Source: Trueperaceae bacterium (GTDB lineage Bacteria; Deinococcota; Deinococci; Deinococcales; Trueperaceae). From it: a stretch of 64,000 nt of DNA. The stretch is taken from NCBI GenBank assembly GCA_965213925.1, contig OZ243927.1:4448001-4512000 (forward strand), written 5' to 3'. Positions 38,665 to 48,633 of the stretch are shown here, piece by piece (position 1 is the stretch's first letter; each line of letters starts with the position of its first letter). Under the pieces are notes generated by a model that was not told the origin of the DNA, made no database searches, and saw nothing but the letters and a program-made list of their open reading frames with translations. The translations under genes and the position numbers were made by a program.

Positions 38665-39601
38665 GGCTGAGGTGAGGGGGTTCGGTTAAGGCTTTCGTCT
38701 GCGGACGGTCTGGAAAAGGGAGCACGCGCACCGCGCCGCCTTGCATCACGACTCTGCCGCTCTGCTTCTGTGCGAGCGTTTCTATCGCCGCGAGCGCAAA
38801 GCGAACGGCTAGAAACCTATCCCTCGCGCTCGGACGCCCGCCGCGCTGCGCGTGTCCAACGCGGGAGAAGCGGCTGCGCGTTCCTAAAGCTGCGGACGCC
38901 CGCTTTACGATCCTTTCCAAATCGGGATAGCCTTCGGAGCCGACGAGGAGCGCGTAGCGCTGACGCGAGATGACCTCTCGCAAGGTCTCAATGACCTCTT
39001 GCTCATCTTGCGGACGCTCGGGCACGAGCAGCACGTCCGCCGCGCCGACTTCGGCTAAGGCTTGAGCGAGGAAGCCCGTGTCGCCGCCTAAGGTCTCGAG
39101 CGCAAAAAACCTCGGCATCGCCTCGGCGGTGTCGCGCATCCCGTCGAGGAGGGCTAAGCCTGTGTTTAAGGCGGTATCAAAGCCGATGCTTTCGTCTGAG
39201 TCTGCCACATCGTTGTCTATCGTCGCGGGGAGGCTCACGACGCTTACCTCTTCTTGCAGAGTCGCCGCTGCCAGCGCGGAGCCGTTGCCGCCTAAGATGG
39301 CGAGGTGGTTGAGGTTCAAGTCTCGTAGTGCCTGCTGGATGTCATCTACGTGGTCGGGGAAGTTGGGGAGCCTCGAGGTTCCTAAAAACGTCCCGCCGTG
39401 CCGCGCCGTTCGTAACGTATCGGTAGGCGTCAAAGAGACGACCTCTTGTGCTTTCAACCCGGCAAACCCCTCACGAATCCCGAGCACCTTCCAACCGCGT
39501 AAGCTCGCATGATGCGTCAGCGCCCACACCGCCATATTCATCCCCGGCGCGTCGCCGCCCGAGGTAAGGACGCCTAATGTCGTTCTACCTGCTATGCTCA
39601 C
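38657..39601 (-). CDS. PfkA-family phosphofructokinase-like protein (divergent)
   Basis: TSGGDAPGMN, GGTFLGTSR, PATIDND, IGFDTA, GHAQRGG. Confidence 0.85.
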   Translation of the reverse strand: MSIAGRTTLGVLTSGGDAPGMNMAVWALTHHASLRGWKVLGIREGFAGLKAQEVVSLTPTDTLRTARHGGTFLGTSRLPNFPDHVDDIQQALRDLNLNHLAILGGNGSALAAATLQEEVSVVSLPATIDNDVADSDESIGFDTALNTGLALLDGMRDTAEAMPRFFALETLGGDTGFLAQALAEVGAADVLLVPERPQDEQEVIETLREVISRQRYALLVGSEGYPDLERIVKRASAALGTRSRFSRVGHAQRGGRPSARDRFLAVRFALAAIETLAQKQSGRVVMQGGAVRVLPFPDRPQTKALTEPPHLSHA

Positions 39602-40401
39602 GCTGAATCCTGAGAGGTTTCTTTCATCTCTTCCTGAGCATCCTCCAAGCTCTCGCCGCCCATCATCAGTTTGACGACCTCATCGTCGTCCGTCTCACTC
39701 GCTTTGCGTTCGCCCGCCTTTCTGCCCCGCTCCAAGACGCAGATGCGGTCACTCACAGCGAAGATGTCGCGCAAATTGTGCGAGATAAAGATGAGCGCGA
39801 CCTCTTGCTCTTTAAGCCGCTCGATGAGCTTCATCACCTGCCGCTGCTCCGGCACGCCGAGTGCGGCGGTCGGCTCGTCCATGATGAGGACTTTCGCCTG
39901 CCAATAGACCGCCCGCCCGATGGCGATGGCTTGACGCTGCCCACCCGAGAGGTCGCGAACGGGCAGCTTGGGATTCGGAATCTTGATGCCTAAGTTTTGC
40001 AGCGCCGTCTCCGCCTCTTCGTGCATCTTCTGATAGTTCAAAAAGGGCAAGCCCAAGCGCCTTTTGACGGGTTCGCGCCCTAAAAAGAGGTTCGTGCCGA
40101 CGTCCAAATTGTCCGCTAACGCGAGGTCTTGGTAAATCGTCTCGATGCCCAGCTCGCGCACCTCTTTGGGCGTCATGTCTCTAATCGAGTCGCCCTGATA
40201 GGTAATGTCGCCCTCGTCGGGTTGATGCACACCCGAAATCATCTTGATGACCGTAGACTTGCCCGCACCGTTGTCGCCCGCGAGCGCTAAGACCTCACCG
40301 GGGTAGAGGTCGAAGGAGACACTATTCACCGCCATTGTGCCGCCAAAGCGTTTGCTGATGCCTTTAACCTGTAACACGGGTTGAGCCGAGGTAGAGGTCA
40401 T
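39598..40401 (-). CDS. Sugar ABC transporter ATP-binding protein (single domain)
   Basis: GDNGAGKS, LSGGQRQ, IMDEPTAAL. Confidence 0.95.
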   Translation of the reverse strand: MTSTSAQPVLQVKGISKRFGGTMAVNSVSFDLYPGEVLALAGDNGAGKSTVIKMISGVHQPDEGDITYQGDSIRDMTPKEVRELGIETIYQDLALADNLDVGTNLFLGREPVKRRLGLPFLNYQKMHEEAETALQNLGIKIPNPKLPVRDLSGGQRQAIAIGRAVYWQAKVLIMDEPTAALGVPEQRQVMKLIERLKEQEVALIFISHNLRDIFAVSDRICVLERGRKAGERKASETDDDEVVKLMMGGESLEDAQEEMKETSQDSA

Positions 40402-41477
40402 GAGGTCGCCTCTTTGGGGGAATCGGTAGAGGGTTCGGAGGGCTCGTCCGGTGGCGCTTCACTCGCTTGAAGTTGCTGCAAGCGGTCCCTGGACTGGTCG
40501 ATGAGCACGGCAACGATAATCACGCCGCCCACCGCGATGAACTGCCAGTACGGGGCGACGTTGATGAAAACGAGTCCGAACTGAATCACCGCGATAATGA
40601 GCGAGCCGATGACGGTCCCTTGCACCGTCCCCTGCCCACCCGTCAAGCTCGCCCCGCCGATAAAGACCGCCGCCACCGCGTAGAGCAGCACCGGCTCCCC
40701 CGCTTGCGCCGCGCCCGCCGAAAAGCGCCCGACGTAGAGGATGCCGCCGACGCCCGCCGTAAGCGCCGAAAGCATAAAGAGGATGACCGTGTGCCGCTTG
40801 ATGTTGACGCCCGCCCGGAGCGCCGCTTGCAAATTGCCGCCCATCGCGTAGGTGTAGAGCCCGAAGCGCGTGTGAGCGAGCAGGTAGTGAAACACGAGCA
40901 CCATGACCGCTGTGATGACGACGGGCATCGGCACGCCTAAAACGCGCCCGTTGCCCATAAAGACCGCCGCGTCGTTGCGAATAGCGACGGTTGCGCCGTC
41001 CGCGACGAGGAGCGCCATCCCCCTAGCGATGCCGTACATACCGAGCGTCCCGATAAACGAGGGCACATTAAGCTGCGCGACCATCCAGCCGTTGAACCAG
41101 CCCGGCACGAGTGAGGCGAGAAGTCCCGCCAGCACGCCCAAAAGCAGCGACGCCACATCCGGCATGAAAGGGTCTAGCCCACGAATGGTCAGCGCCATGA
41201 CCACCGCTGCCAACCCTGTGATAAAGCCGATGGAGAGGTCGATGCCCGCCGCGACGATGACCAAGGTCAACCCAAGCGCCAAGCAGAGCGTCTGCGTCGC
41301 CGCGATGCCGATGCTCTGGATATTGTTGACACGCCCCAAAAAGGTCGTGCCATAAGAGACCTGCGCCCACACCTCGAAGAAGATGAGGATAAGGATGAGG
41401 AAGAGCCACGACCAGGTGGCAGTGATGAAGCGGAGGAGGCGGAGGGTGGTGGAGGGTTGGGCTGGGCTCGAGTCCAA
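40398..41477 (-). CDS. CUT2 sugar ABC permease
   Basis: GIDLS, PSFIGTLG, YAMGGN..AA..AGV, IGGASL.GG.G. Confidence 0.93.
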   Translation of the reverse strand: MDSSPAQPSTTLRLLRFITATWSWLFLILILIFFEVWAQVSYGTTFLGRVNNIQSIGIAATQTLCLALGLTLVIVAAGIDLSIGFITGLAAVVMALTIRGLDPFMPDVASLLLGVLAGLLASLVPGWFNGWMVAQLNVPSFIGTLGMYGIARGMALLVADGATVAIRNDAAVFMGNGRVLGVPMPVVITAVMVLVFHYLLAHTRFGLYTYAMGGNLQAALRAGVNIKRHTVILFMLSALTAGVGGILYVGRFSAGAAQAGEPVLLYAVAAVFIGGASLTGGQGTVQGTVIGSLIIAVIQFGLVFINVAPYWQFIAVGGVIIVAVLIDQSRDRLQQLQASEAPPDEPSEPSTDSPKEATS

Positions 41478-41583
41478 GAAAAGGGTCCTCTCAAGGGTTA
41501 TTTCGGATGAACTTTAAGTAGCGTTTCAGTCAGCTCGTCAGATTCTAAAATATCCCGAAAAGATAGTGAGCGCCTACCCAGTT

Positions 41584-41676
41584 TGTCATTCTGAACGAAG
41601 TGAAGAATCTCTGCATTCGCCTTCTCCTCTAGCTGAGAATGAAAGGCGAGACCCTTCACATGCGTTCAGGGTGACA
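41584..41676 (+). repeat. TGTCATTCTGAA...CAGGGTGACA palindromic repeat, copy 2
   Basis: Imperfect hairpin TGTCATTCTGAACGAAGTGAAG / CTTCACATGCGTTCAGGGTGACA. Confidence 0.8.
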
Positions 41677-41733
41677 TGACGAAATGCTGACTAGCTGAAC
41701 GGCTTTATCCGTCAAAACTAACTCTGCTCATCG

Positions 41734-42699
41734 CTAGTTCGAGTAGATAAACTGCTGCACCTCTTCGTCCTGGTAATTCGACTCGTCGATGATGGTAAAG
41801 CCCGTCCCGATAAGGGGCGGCACGGACTGACCCGTGGCGACGGCGTAAGCTGCCATCACGCCAAAGTATCCGATTTCAGCGGGGTGCTGGGCAATCGCGA
41901 TGTTGACTAAGCCAGATTCGATGTTGTCCACAATCGAGGGGGGTGCGTCGAAGGCGACGACCGTGATATTGCCCGTTTCGCCTGCGTTACGTACCCCGTT
42001 AGCTGCGCCAATCGCGGAGAAGAGGTTCGCGCCGAAGACGCCTGCTAAGTCGGACTCCCTGGCGAGCACTGCTTGAAACTGCGAGGCGGCGGTGCTCGAG
42101 TCGTTCTCGTTATACTGCGTCTCCAACACGGTGATGTTCGGATAGTTCTCTTCCATCTCCGCTTTGAAGCCCTCTTCGCGTTGGTCGGTGGTCGAGATGC
42201 CAGGACGCACGTTCGAGACGTACACGCTGCCCTCTTCGCCGACGGCTTCCGCCATCGCTCGCGCCGCGATGCGCCCGCCTTCGATGTTGTCCGAGGCGAC
42301 GTAAGAGCGCGGGAAGTCGCCGTCACCCTGACCGTCCCCGTACTGCCCGTCACCGATAAAGGTGTCTACCGTGACGATGGGAATATCCATCTCTGAGGCA
42401 CGCTCTAAGGGCGCGATGAGCTGCGTCGAGTCGGTGGGGGCGATGAGCAGCGCGTCCGGTTGCCGCCCGATGACGGCGTCTAAAACGGGTACTTGCAACG
42501 TCGGGTTAAATTCCTCCGCGCCCTGAAAGTTCACGGTGATGCCCAAGGCTTCGGCGGCGGCTTGTGCGCCCTCGTTCATGGTGATGTAAAAGGGATCGGT
42601 GGTGAGCCCTGGGATGAGGGTAATGGTGACATCTTCTTGTTCTTGGGCGAACGACAACGCGCTAAAGAGTAAAAGGACGGCGAGAACGAGACGTTTCAT
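41734..42699 (-). CDS. CUT2 sugar ABC substrate-binding protein
   Basis: Signal peptide MKRLVLAV after GGAGG. DPFY, TVDT, SDN..GG, STTDQR, AFD, IAQHP. Confidence 0.92.
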   Translation of the reverse strand: MKRLVLAVLLLFSALSFAQEQEDVTITLIPGLTTDPFYITMNEGAQAAAEALGITVNFQGAEEFNPTLQVPVLDAVIGRQPDALLIAPTDSTQLIAPLERASEMDIPIVTVDTFIGDGQYGDGQGDGDFPRSYVASDNIEGGRIAARAMAEAVGEEGSVYVSNVRPGISTTDQREEGFKAEMEENYPNITVLETQYNENDSSTAASQFQAVLARESDLAGVFGANLFSAIGAANGVRNAGETGNITVVAFDAPPSIVDNIESGLVNIAIAQHPAEIGYFGVMAAYAVATGQSVPPLIGTGFTIIDESNYQDEEVQQFIYSN

Positions 42700-42859
42700 G
42701 CGGGCTCCTCCTGAGATAGAAAGACGTAGCGTTAGCGGCGTATTCCAAAGCCTCCTTTTCGGGCTGCACCTTTGAGAACAAAAGAGGTCGGCAGTCTCAG
42801 CGTCTCCCTCTGGCAGCGTCCATATGAAAAGCGCACGAACTAGCTTGTGTAAGTGTCTC

Positions 42860-42970
42860 AAGATATAGGGCGCGAATGTCGCTTGTCAAGCCGAAACCCA
42901 CAAAAACCAAGAGAGTCTAACAAAGTGGGCTTGTTAACCTTTTGACAGGACGCCGAAAAACGTTTACGAT
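42860..42970. promoter_or_regulatory. Divergent sigma70-type promoters
   Basis: Plus: TTGACA(42942)-17-TACGAT. Minus: TTGACA(42889)-18-TATCTT. Confidence 0.55.
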
Positions 42971-43284
42971 AGCTCTATTAAACAAAGTTGAGGAGTCCAA
43001 CTTGGGTTGATTTCAGAGTGCGCTCTCTAGCGCTGCTTACCTCGTTCGTAGGCTTGAAGCGGCTATCTGGTCTTTGGTGTCACGGGTTACATCGTGGCGG
43101 CTCGCTTATGGACGAGAAGAGGTCTCGAGCCGCACACCGCAATGTTCGAAAAACGAACACGCCTGAGCGGGCGTGACCTGACTGAGATATGACGAAATAT
43201 AAATCGCAGTGCTGGGGGCTCTATTCACGCAAGCGGCTCGCCCCAACCTCAACTTACCGTCCTCACCCCAACAAGGAGACAACC

Positions 43285-44754
43285 ATGCACATCAAAGGGT
43301 TCGCACTTTCCGTCTTGCTCCTCAGCGCTTTTACCTTTGCTCAGAGCGATTCGCAATTTGAGGGCGTCGAAATCAACGTCCTCACCTTCACGGGTCCGCA
43401 AATCGCTGAGCCCTTGCAGCGCCGCGCCCCGGACTTCGAAGCGCAGACGGGCGCGTCAGTCAACGTCGTCACCGTGCCCTTTTCGGACCTCTACCAGCGG
43501 ATGCTCACCGACATGGCGACGGGCACGAACTCCTTCGACGGCTTCGTCTTCGCGCCGCAGTGGATGGTGGACTTCATCGTGCCGGGCTATATCGAGGATT
43601 TGACCAGCCGCGTCGAAAGTGATGAGGCTTTACAGTGGGAGGGCGTCGCGCCCTTTTTCCGCAATTTTTCCTCGACCTATGAGGGGAGCATCTACACGGT
43701 TCCACTAGACGGCGACTTTCAGATGGTCTACTACCGCAGCGACCTCTTGGAGCAAGAGGGGCTCGAGCCCCCGCAAACTTGGGACGACTACTTAGCCATC
43801 GCCGAAACTTTCAACGGTCAAGATTTGAACGGCGACTCTCAGCCCGACTACGGCTCGTGCATCTCCAAAAAGCGCAACGCGCAAGCCTACTGGATGATCC
43901 TCTCCGTCGCGGGCGGTTACTTGCAGACGCAGGGCACCTCGCAAGGAGCCTTTTTCGACACGGAGACGATGGAGCCGTTGGTCAACAACGCGGCGTTCGG
44001 GGCAGCCTTGGACATCTACAAGGCGACCACACAGTACGGTCCACCCAACGAACTCAACTTGGACGTAGGCGATACCCGCAGCTTGTTCATCACCGGGCGC
44101 TGCGCTTTGTCACTCGACTGGGGCGATATCGGCACGCTGGCGATCGACCCCGAGCAGTCTACGGTGCAGGGGCAAGTCGGCAGCATCATCTTGCCGGGGA
44201 CGGCTGAGGTTTTAGACCGCGAGACGGGCGAACTGGTTGCGTGTGACGAAACCACCTGCCCCCACGCCGACGAAAACGGCATCAACCACGCGCCCTACGC
44301 GGCGTTCGGTGGCTGGTCGGGCGGCGTCAACGCGGCGATTGACGACCAGGTGAAAGAGGCGACCTACGCTTTTCTCTCTTACATGAGCCAGCCCGAAAAC
44401 TCCAACGTGGACGTGACGATGGGCGTGACGGGCTTTCAGCCCTACCGCACCTCTCAGTTTGAGAACATGGAACTGTGGCTCGAGGCGGGCTTTAGCGAAG
44501 CGGGCGCAGAGGATTACCTGGGCGCAATCGAGAGCAGCCTGGACAGCCCCAACATGATTTTGGACTTGCGCGTGCCCCAAAACCAGCGCTATCAACAGAT
44601 CGTTTTAGACACCGCCATCAGCCAGTTTTTAGCGGACGAGTTGGATAGAGAAGAGACGATGCAGCAGATTTACGACGGGTGGCAAGAGATCACCGAAGAA
44701 CTCGGGCGCGAGCAGCAGCAAGAGGCGTACGTCGGCACGCTCGGTATAGAGTAG
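43285..44754 (+). CDS. CUT1 sugar ABC substrate-binding protein
   Basis: RBS AAGGAG and signal peptide; PLDGD, YYRSDL, PPQTWDDY. Confidence 0.92.
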   Translation: MHIKGFALSVLLLSAFTFAQSDSQFEGVEINVLTFTGPQIAEPLQRRAPDFEAQTGASVNVVTVPFSDLYQRMLTDMATGTNSFDGFVFAPQWMVDFIVPGYIEDLTSRVESDEALQWEGVAPFFRNFSSTYEGSIYTVPLDGDFQMVYYRSDLLEQEGLEPPQTWDDYLAIAETFNGQDLNGDSQPDYGSCISKKRNAQAYWMILSVAGGYLQTQGTSQGAFFDTETMEPLVNNAAFGAALDIYKATTQYGPPNELNLDVGDTRSLFITGRCALSLDWGDIGTLAIDPEQSTVQGQVGSIILPGTAEVLDRETGELVACDETTCPHADENGINHAPYAAFGGWSGGVNAAIDDQVKEATYAFLSYMSQPENSNVDVTMGVTGFQPYRTSQFENMELWLEAGFSEAGAEDYLGAIESSLDSPNMILDLRVPQNQRYQQIVLDTAISQFLADELDREETMQQIYDGWQEITEELGREQQQEAYVGTLGIE

Positions 44755-44769
44755 ATGGGTATAAAGTAG

Positions 44770-45903
44770 ATGCAAAAAGCAAACGAGGCGCAGCGTTTTG
44801 AGCAGCCTCGAGGCGAGCGCCTAAGGGATTGGTTCGACCGCGCCGCGGGCAATATCTTCCTGTTGCCCGCCGTCATCACCGTTCTGCTCTTGGCGCTCTT
44901 CCCGCTCATCTTGTCGGTCTACCTGGCGCTCTCGCGCCTCCAGTTCGTTAGCGGCGGCTTCGACCTCTCGTTCGTGGGGCTCGCTAACTTCCGCAAGCTC
45001 TTCGCGGGCAGCGAGCAGAGCCACTTTTTGGGCGTCGTCACCACGCCCTCGCCGCTCGGTTGGGTGGTCTTTTTGGCGGCAGTGGCGCTGACCTCTCTCC
45101 TCTTATGGCGCTACCTCCGCTCACCTAAGCGCACGGTGGGCGGGCTCATCTATCGCCTCATCACCGGGCTCATCATCACGGGTCTGCTCTACTACGTGCT
45201 GAGCACGCTCGGCACGGAAGGGCGTCCAGGGACGGTCGCGGTAACACTTGTCTACGTGTTCGTGGGGATTGCGATTCAGTACGTCATCGGGCTCGGTTTA
45301 GCGGTGCTCACAACGCAAAAGCTCCCTGGTCGCCGCTTCTTCCGCGTCGTCTTCCTCCTGCCGATGATGATCACGCCCGTGGGCGTCGCGTACATGTTTT
45401 GGATGCTGGCGGATACGGTTAAAGGTCCCTTCGCTCCGGTGTGGCAAGCGCTCGGGCTTGCGGGCTTTTCGTGGGTCAGCAGTCCGTGGGGCGCACGCTG
45501 GGCGGTGATGGTCGGGGACATCTGGCAGTGGACGCCCTTAATGTTTATCGTGCTACTTGCAGCAATTGAAGGGCAGCCGGTGGAGCTGATTGAAGCGGCT
45601 TTAGTTGACGGCGCAAGTCGCTGGCGCATCTTCTGGCACATCACCTTGCCGCAGCTTTTAGGCGTCTCGCTGACGCTCGTCCTGATTCGCATGATCGAAG
45701 CCTTTAAGATTATCGACCTACCGAACGTCTTGACCAACGGCGGACCCGGCACGGCGACAGAGTCGATGACGCTGCAAGCCTTTTTCTCCTGGCGCACGCT
45801 GGACTTGGGCGGCGCGATGGCGGTGGCGTTTTGCTTGCTCGTGCTGGTGATGTTCTTGTCTGTGACGCTGGTGAATTTAGCACCTCGAGAGAACCGCGCA
45901 TGA
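44770..45903 (+). CDS. CUT1 ABC permease (MalF-like)
   Basis: FVGLANF, DIWQWTP, EAA loop EAALVDGAS, GGPG.ATE. Confidence 0.93.
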   Translation: MQKANEAQRFEQPRGERLRDWFDRAAGNIFLLPAVITVLLLALFPLILSVYLALSRLQFVSGGFDLSFVGLANFRKLFAGSEQSHFLGVVTTPSPLGWVVFLAAVALTSLLLWRYLRSPKRTVGGLIYRLITGLIITGLLYYVLSTLGTEGRPGTVAVTLVYVFVGIAIQYVIGLGLAVLTTQKLPGRRFFRVVFLLPMMITPVGVAYMFWMLADTVKGPFAPVWQALGLAGFSWVSSPWGARWAVMVGDIWQWTPLMFIVLLAAIEGQPVELIEAALVDGASRWRIFWHITLPQLLGVSLTLVLIRMIEAFKIIDLPNVLTNGGPGTATESMTLQAFFSWRTLDLGGAMAVAFCLLVLVMFLSVTLVNLAPRENRA

Positions 45904-46922
45904 ACCTCTTCAAACGCCGCTCGGTGTTAAGTCCATCCCCCATAACGATGATCGTTTCCTATATCCTCCTGATTTTCTGGACCTTCGTCGTGCTGTTCCC
46001 GCTCTACTGGCTCGTCGTGACCTCGCTCAAGCTCCCCGTCCAGGTCAACCAGGGACCTTTTTATCTCCCCTTCGTGGACTTTCAACCCTCCCTACACGCC
46101 TGGCGCTACCTCTTCGTGGACGTGCGCGGCGACACGCTCCGCCCCTTTATGAACACGCTCGTGGTTTCCGCCGTGAGTGCGCCGCTGACGCTCTTACTCG
46201 GCACCACGGCGGCGTACGGGCTGGTGCGCTTTACGTATCGCCCGCGCGTCGGCTCGGTGCTGATGTTCGTCGGTTGCTTGGTCGCGACGATTCTCTTAGT
46301 CGTGAACGGTGTGCCCTGGCAGTTTGCAACGGCGGCGATGACCGCGCTCTTTCTCATCCTCTTGCAGACGGTGGGCAAGCGCTTCAAACGCTCTTTAGGC
46401 AACAATGACATCGCCGTGTGGCTCATCTCGAACCGCGTGCTGCCGCCCGTGGCGGTGGTGCTGCCCATCTACGTGCTCTTTCAGCAACTCGGGCTGCTCG
46501 ACACACGCACCGCGCTGATTCTCGCCTACACCGCCATCAACTTGCCCATCGCGGTATGGCTCATGCGGGACTATTTTATGAACATTCCCATTGAACTCGA
46601 GGAGTGCGCCGCAATCGACGGCGCGTCGCGCTACCGGATTTTCCGCTCGATTGTCCTGCCCTTAGCCGTGCCGGGGCTGGTTGCGACGCTGCTCCTCGTC
46701 CTCGTTTTTACCTGGAACGAATACCTCTTGGCGCTCTTTTTGTCGTCCGCCGACGCGCAAACGATGCCTATCATGGTCGCCGCGCAGCACGCCACGCGCG
46801 GTCCGCAGTGGTGGACGATGTCGGCTTTGATCCTCATCATGATCGTACCCGTGGTCATCATGGCGATCTTTTTGGAGCGCTACATCTCGAGGGGTCTCCT
46901 CATCGGCGCGGTGAAAGGGTGA
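45900..46922 (+). CDS. CUT1 ABC permease (MalG-like)
   Basis: ATGA overlap; IPIELEECAAIDGAS, WNEYL, GAVKG. Confidence 0.93.
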   Translation: MNLFKRRSVLSPSPITMIVSYILLIFWTFVVLFPLYWLVVTSLKLPVQVNQGPFYLPFVDFQPSLHAWRYLFVDVRGDTLRPFMNTLVVSAVSAPLTLLLGTTAAYGLVRFTYRPRVGSVLMFVGCLVATILLVVNGVPWQFATAAMTALFLILLQTVGKRFKRSLGNNDIAVWLISNRVLPPVAVVLPIYVLFQQLGLLDTRTALILAYTAINLPIAVWLMRDYFMNIPIELEECAAIDGASRYRIFRSIVLPLAVPGLVATLLLVLVFTWNEYLLALFLSSADAQTMPIMVAAQHATRGPQWWTMSALILIMIVPVVIMAIFLERYISRGLLIGAVKG

Positions 46923-48016
46923 AGGTTCACCTCTATGAGCCGATGTTCGGGGAGAAGGAGCGGGTGGTGCTCGAGCACCCCGCCTTCACCGCCTCCACTT
47001 TTCGCTATGACAGCGGCGTGGCGGCGCTTAGGCTAACGAACGGACGAGGCGAAATCAAAATGCTCCCCTTTCAAGGTCAGCAGATTTGGTCGGCATATTT
47101 CGACAACCGCGAGTTGACGATGAAGAGCATGTTCGACGAGCCGAGGCAGACGCAGGACTATTTAGAGACCTACGGCGGCTTCCTCATCCACTGCGGCGTC
47201 AGCGCGATGGGCGTGCCGGGTGAAAAAGACACGCACCCTCTACACGGCGAGTTGCCGAACGCACCCTACCAGCAGGCGTATCTAGTGTTGGGCGAAGATG
47301 AACGAGGTCAATATTTAGGATTGGGTGGACGCTATCAACACACGGTTGCGTTCAGTACGAACTACATGGCGGAACCTCTTGTCAAACTCCACGCGGACAG
47401 TAGCCTCATCTCGACCTCTCTAACCGTGACGAACCTCAAAGCGACGCCGATGGAGCTGATGTACTTGGCGCACATCAACTTTCGCCCGGTAGACCACGCG
47501 CAGCTTCTCTACAGCGCGAAAAAAGACCCCGAGCACGTGCGCGTGCGTAAGAGCATCCCCTCGCACGTCAAGCCTGAACCTGGCTACGCAGAGTTTTTAG
47601 ACGAACTCTCGCAGCAGCCCGAGAAACATCATGGGCTCGAGCCCGACCTCACCTTTGACCCCGAAGTCGTCTTCTTTATCGACTACCTCGCCGACGAAAA
47701 CGGCTGGGCGCACACCTTACAGGTTCATCCGAACGGCGCGGCGGACTACGTGCGCCACCGCCCTGAACAGTTGGACGTGGGCGTGCGCTGGATTTGCCGC
47801 ACACCCGACCAGGACGCGCTCGGCATGGTAGACCCCGCAACGGCGGAGCCGGAGGGGTACGGCGCGGAGAAGGCGAAGGGCAACGTAAAGACTGTGCCGC
47901 CCGGTGGGATGTGGCGCTGTGACTATGAGATGGGCACGCTGACCTCTGAAGACGCGCAAGAGGTCGAGAGGCGCATCGGTGAGGTGACTTACGGAGCCAA
48001 ACATGCCCAACTTTGA
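46919..48016 (+). CDS. DUF4432 / aldose-1-epimerase-like protein
   Basis: GTGA overlap start; LPFQGQQIW, HPLHGELP, YLAHINF, PATAEPEG. Confidence 0.8.
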   Translation: MKVHLYEPMFGEKERVVLEHPAFTASTFRYDSGVAALRLTNGRGEIKMLPFQGQQIWSAYFDNRELTMKSMFDEPRQTQDYLETYGGFLIHCGVSAMGVPGEKDTHPLHGELPNAPYQQAYLVLGEDERGQYLGLGGRYQHTVAFSTNYMAEPLVKLHADSSLISTSLTVTNLKATPMELMYLAHINFRPVDHAQLLYSAKKDPEHVRVRKSIPSHVKPEPGYAEFLDELSQQPEKHHGLEPDLTFDPEVVFFIDYLADENGWAHTLQVHPNGAADYVRHRPEQLDVGVRWICRTPDQDALGMVDPATAEPEGYGAEKAKGNVKTVPPGGMWRCDYEMGTLTSEDAQEVERRIGEVTYGAKHAQL

Positions 48017-48067
48017 ACACCGACCGCCTCTTCGCGGCGCGTACTAAGATAGGGAGAGGAGGTCAAT

Positions 48068-48631
48068 ATGGCAACCGCGCCTGTGACGACGTACCGCTTT
48101 AGCGTCGACGATTATTACAAGATGGCTGAGGCGGGAATTTTGCATGAAGACGACAGGGTCGAGCTCATCGAGGGAGAGGTCATTACGATGACACCGATAG
48201 GGAGCCGACACGCGGCGTGCGTGAGCAGGATCAATAAACTCTTTTCTCGAGCCCTATCTGACGCTGTCATCCTGAGAGTTCAGGACCCCATCCGCTTGGA
48301 TGACTTCAATGAGCCTGAGCCTGACCTCGCGTTGGTCGCCTTTCGCGCCGACTTTTACGCCGAACAGCATCCGAGACCGGAGGACGTGCTACTGGCTATA
48401 GAGGTCGCCGACTCCTCGCTGGCATATGACCGTGAGACCAAGATTCCGCTCTACGCTCGCTCGGGCATTCGAGAAGTGTGGCTCGTTGACCTTCAGTATG
48501 GTGAAATTACGGTGTACCGCCAGCCAACACTGGAGGGTTATGGGCTCGAGCAACGCTATCAGCCGAGTGACACTCTCGAGCACCCGACACGCAACACCTC
48601 TTTGCGCGTCCAGGACATTCTGCTCCGCTAG
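48068..48631 (+). CDS. Uma2 family PD-(D/E)xK protein
   Basis: VELIEGE, EPEPD, IEVADSSLAYDR..K..LYA..GI.E.W.VDL. Confidence 0.92.
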   Translation: MATAPVTTYRFSVDDYYKMAEAGILHEDDRVELIEGEVITMTPIGSRHAACVSRINKLFSRALSDAVILRVQDPIRLDDFNEPEPDLALVAFRADFYAEQHPRPEDVLLAIEVADSSLAYDRETKIPLYARSGIREVWLVDLQYGEITVYRQPTLEGYGLEQRYQPSDTLEHPTRNTSLRVQDILLR

Positions 48632-48633
48632 CG

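Noticed and set aside
46604..46918. Arg-rich N-terminal extension of ORF 46604..48016
   Set aside because: Overlaps the permease out of frame; the real start is GTG 46919.
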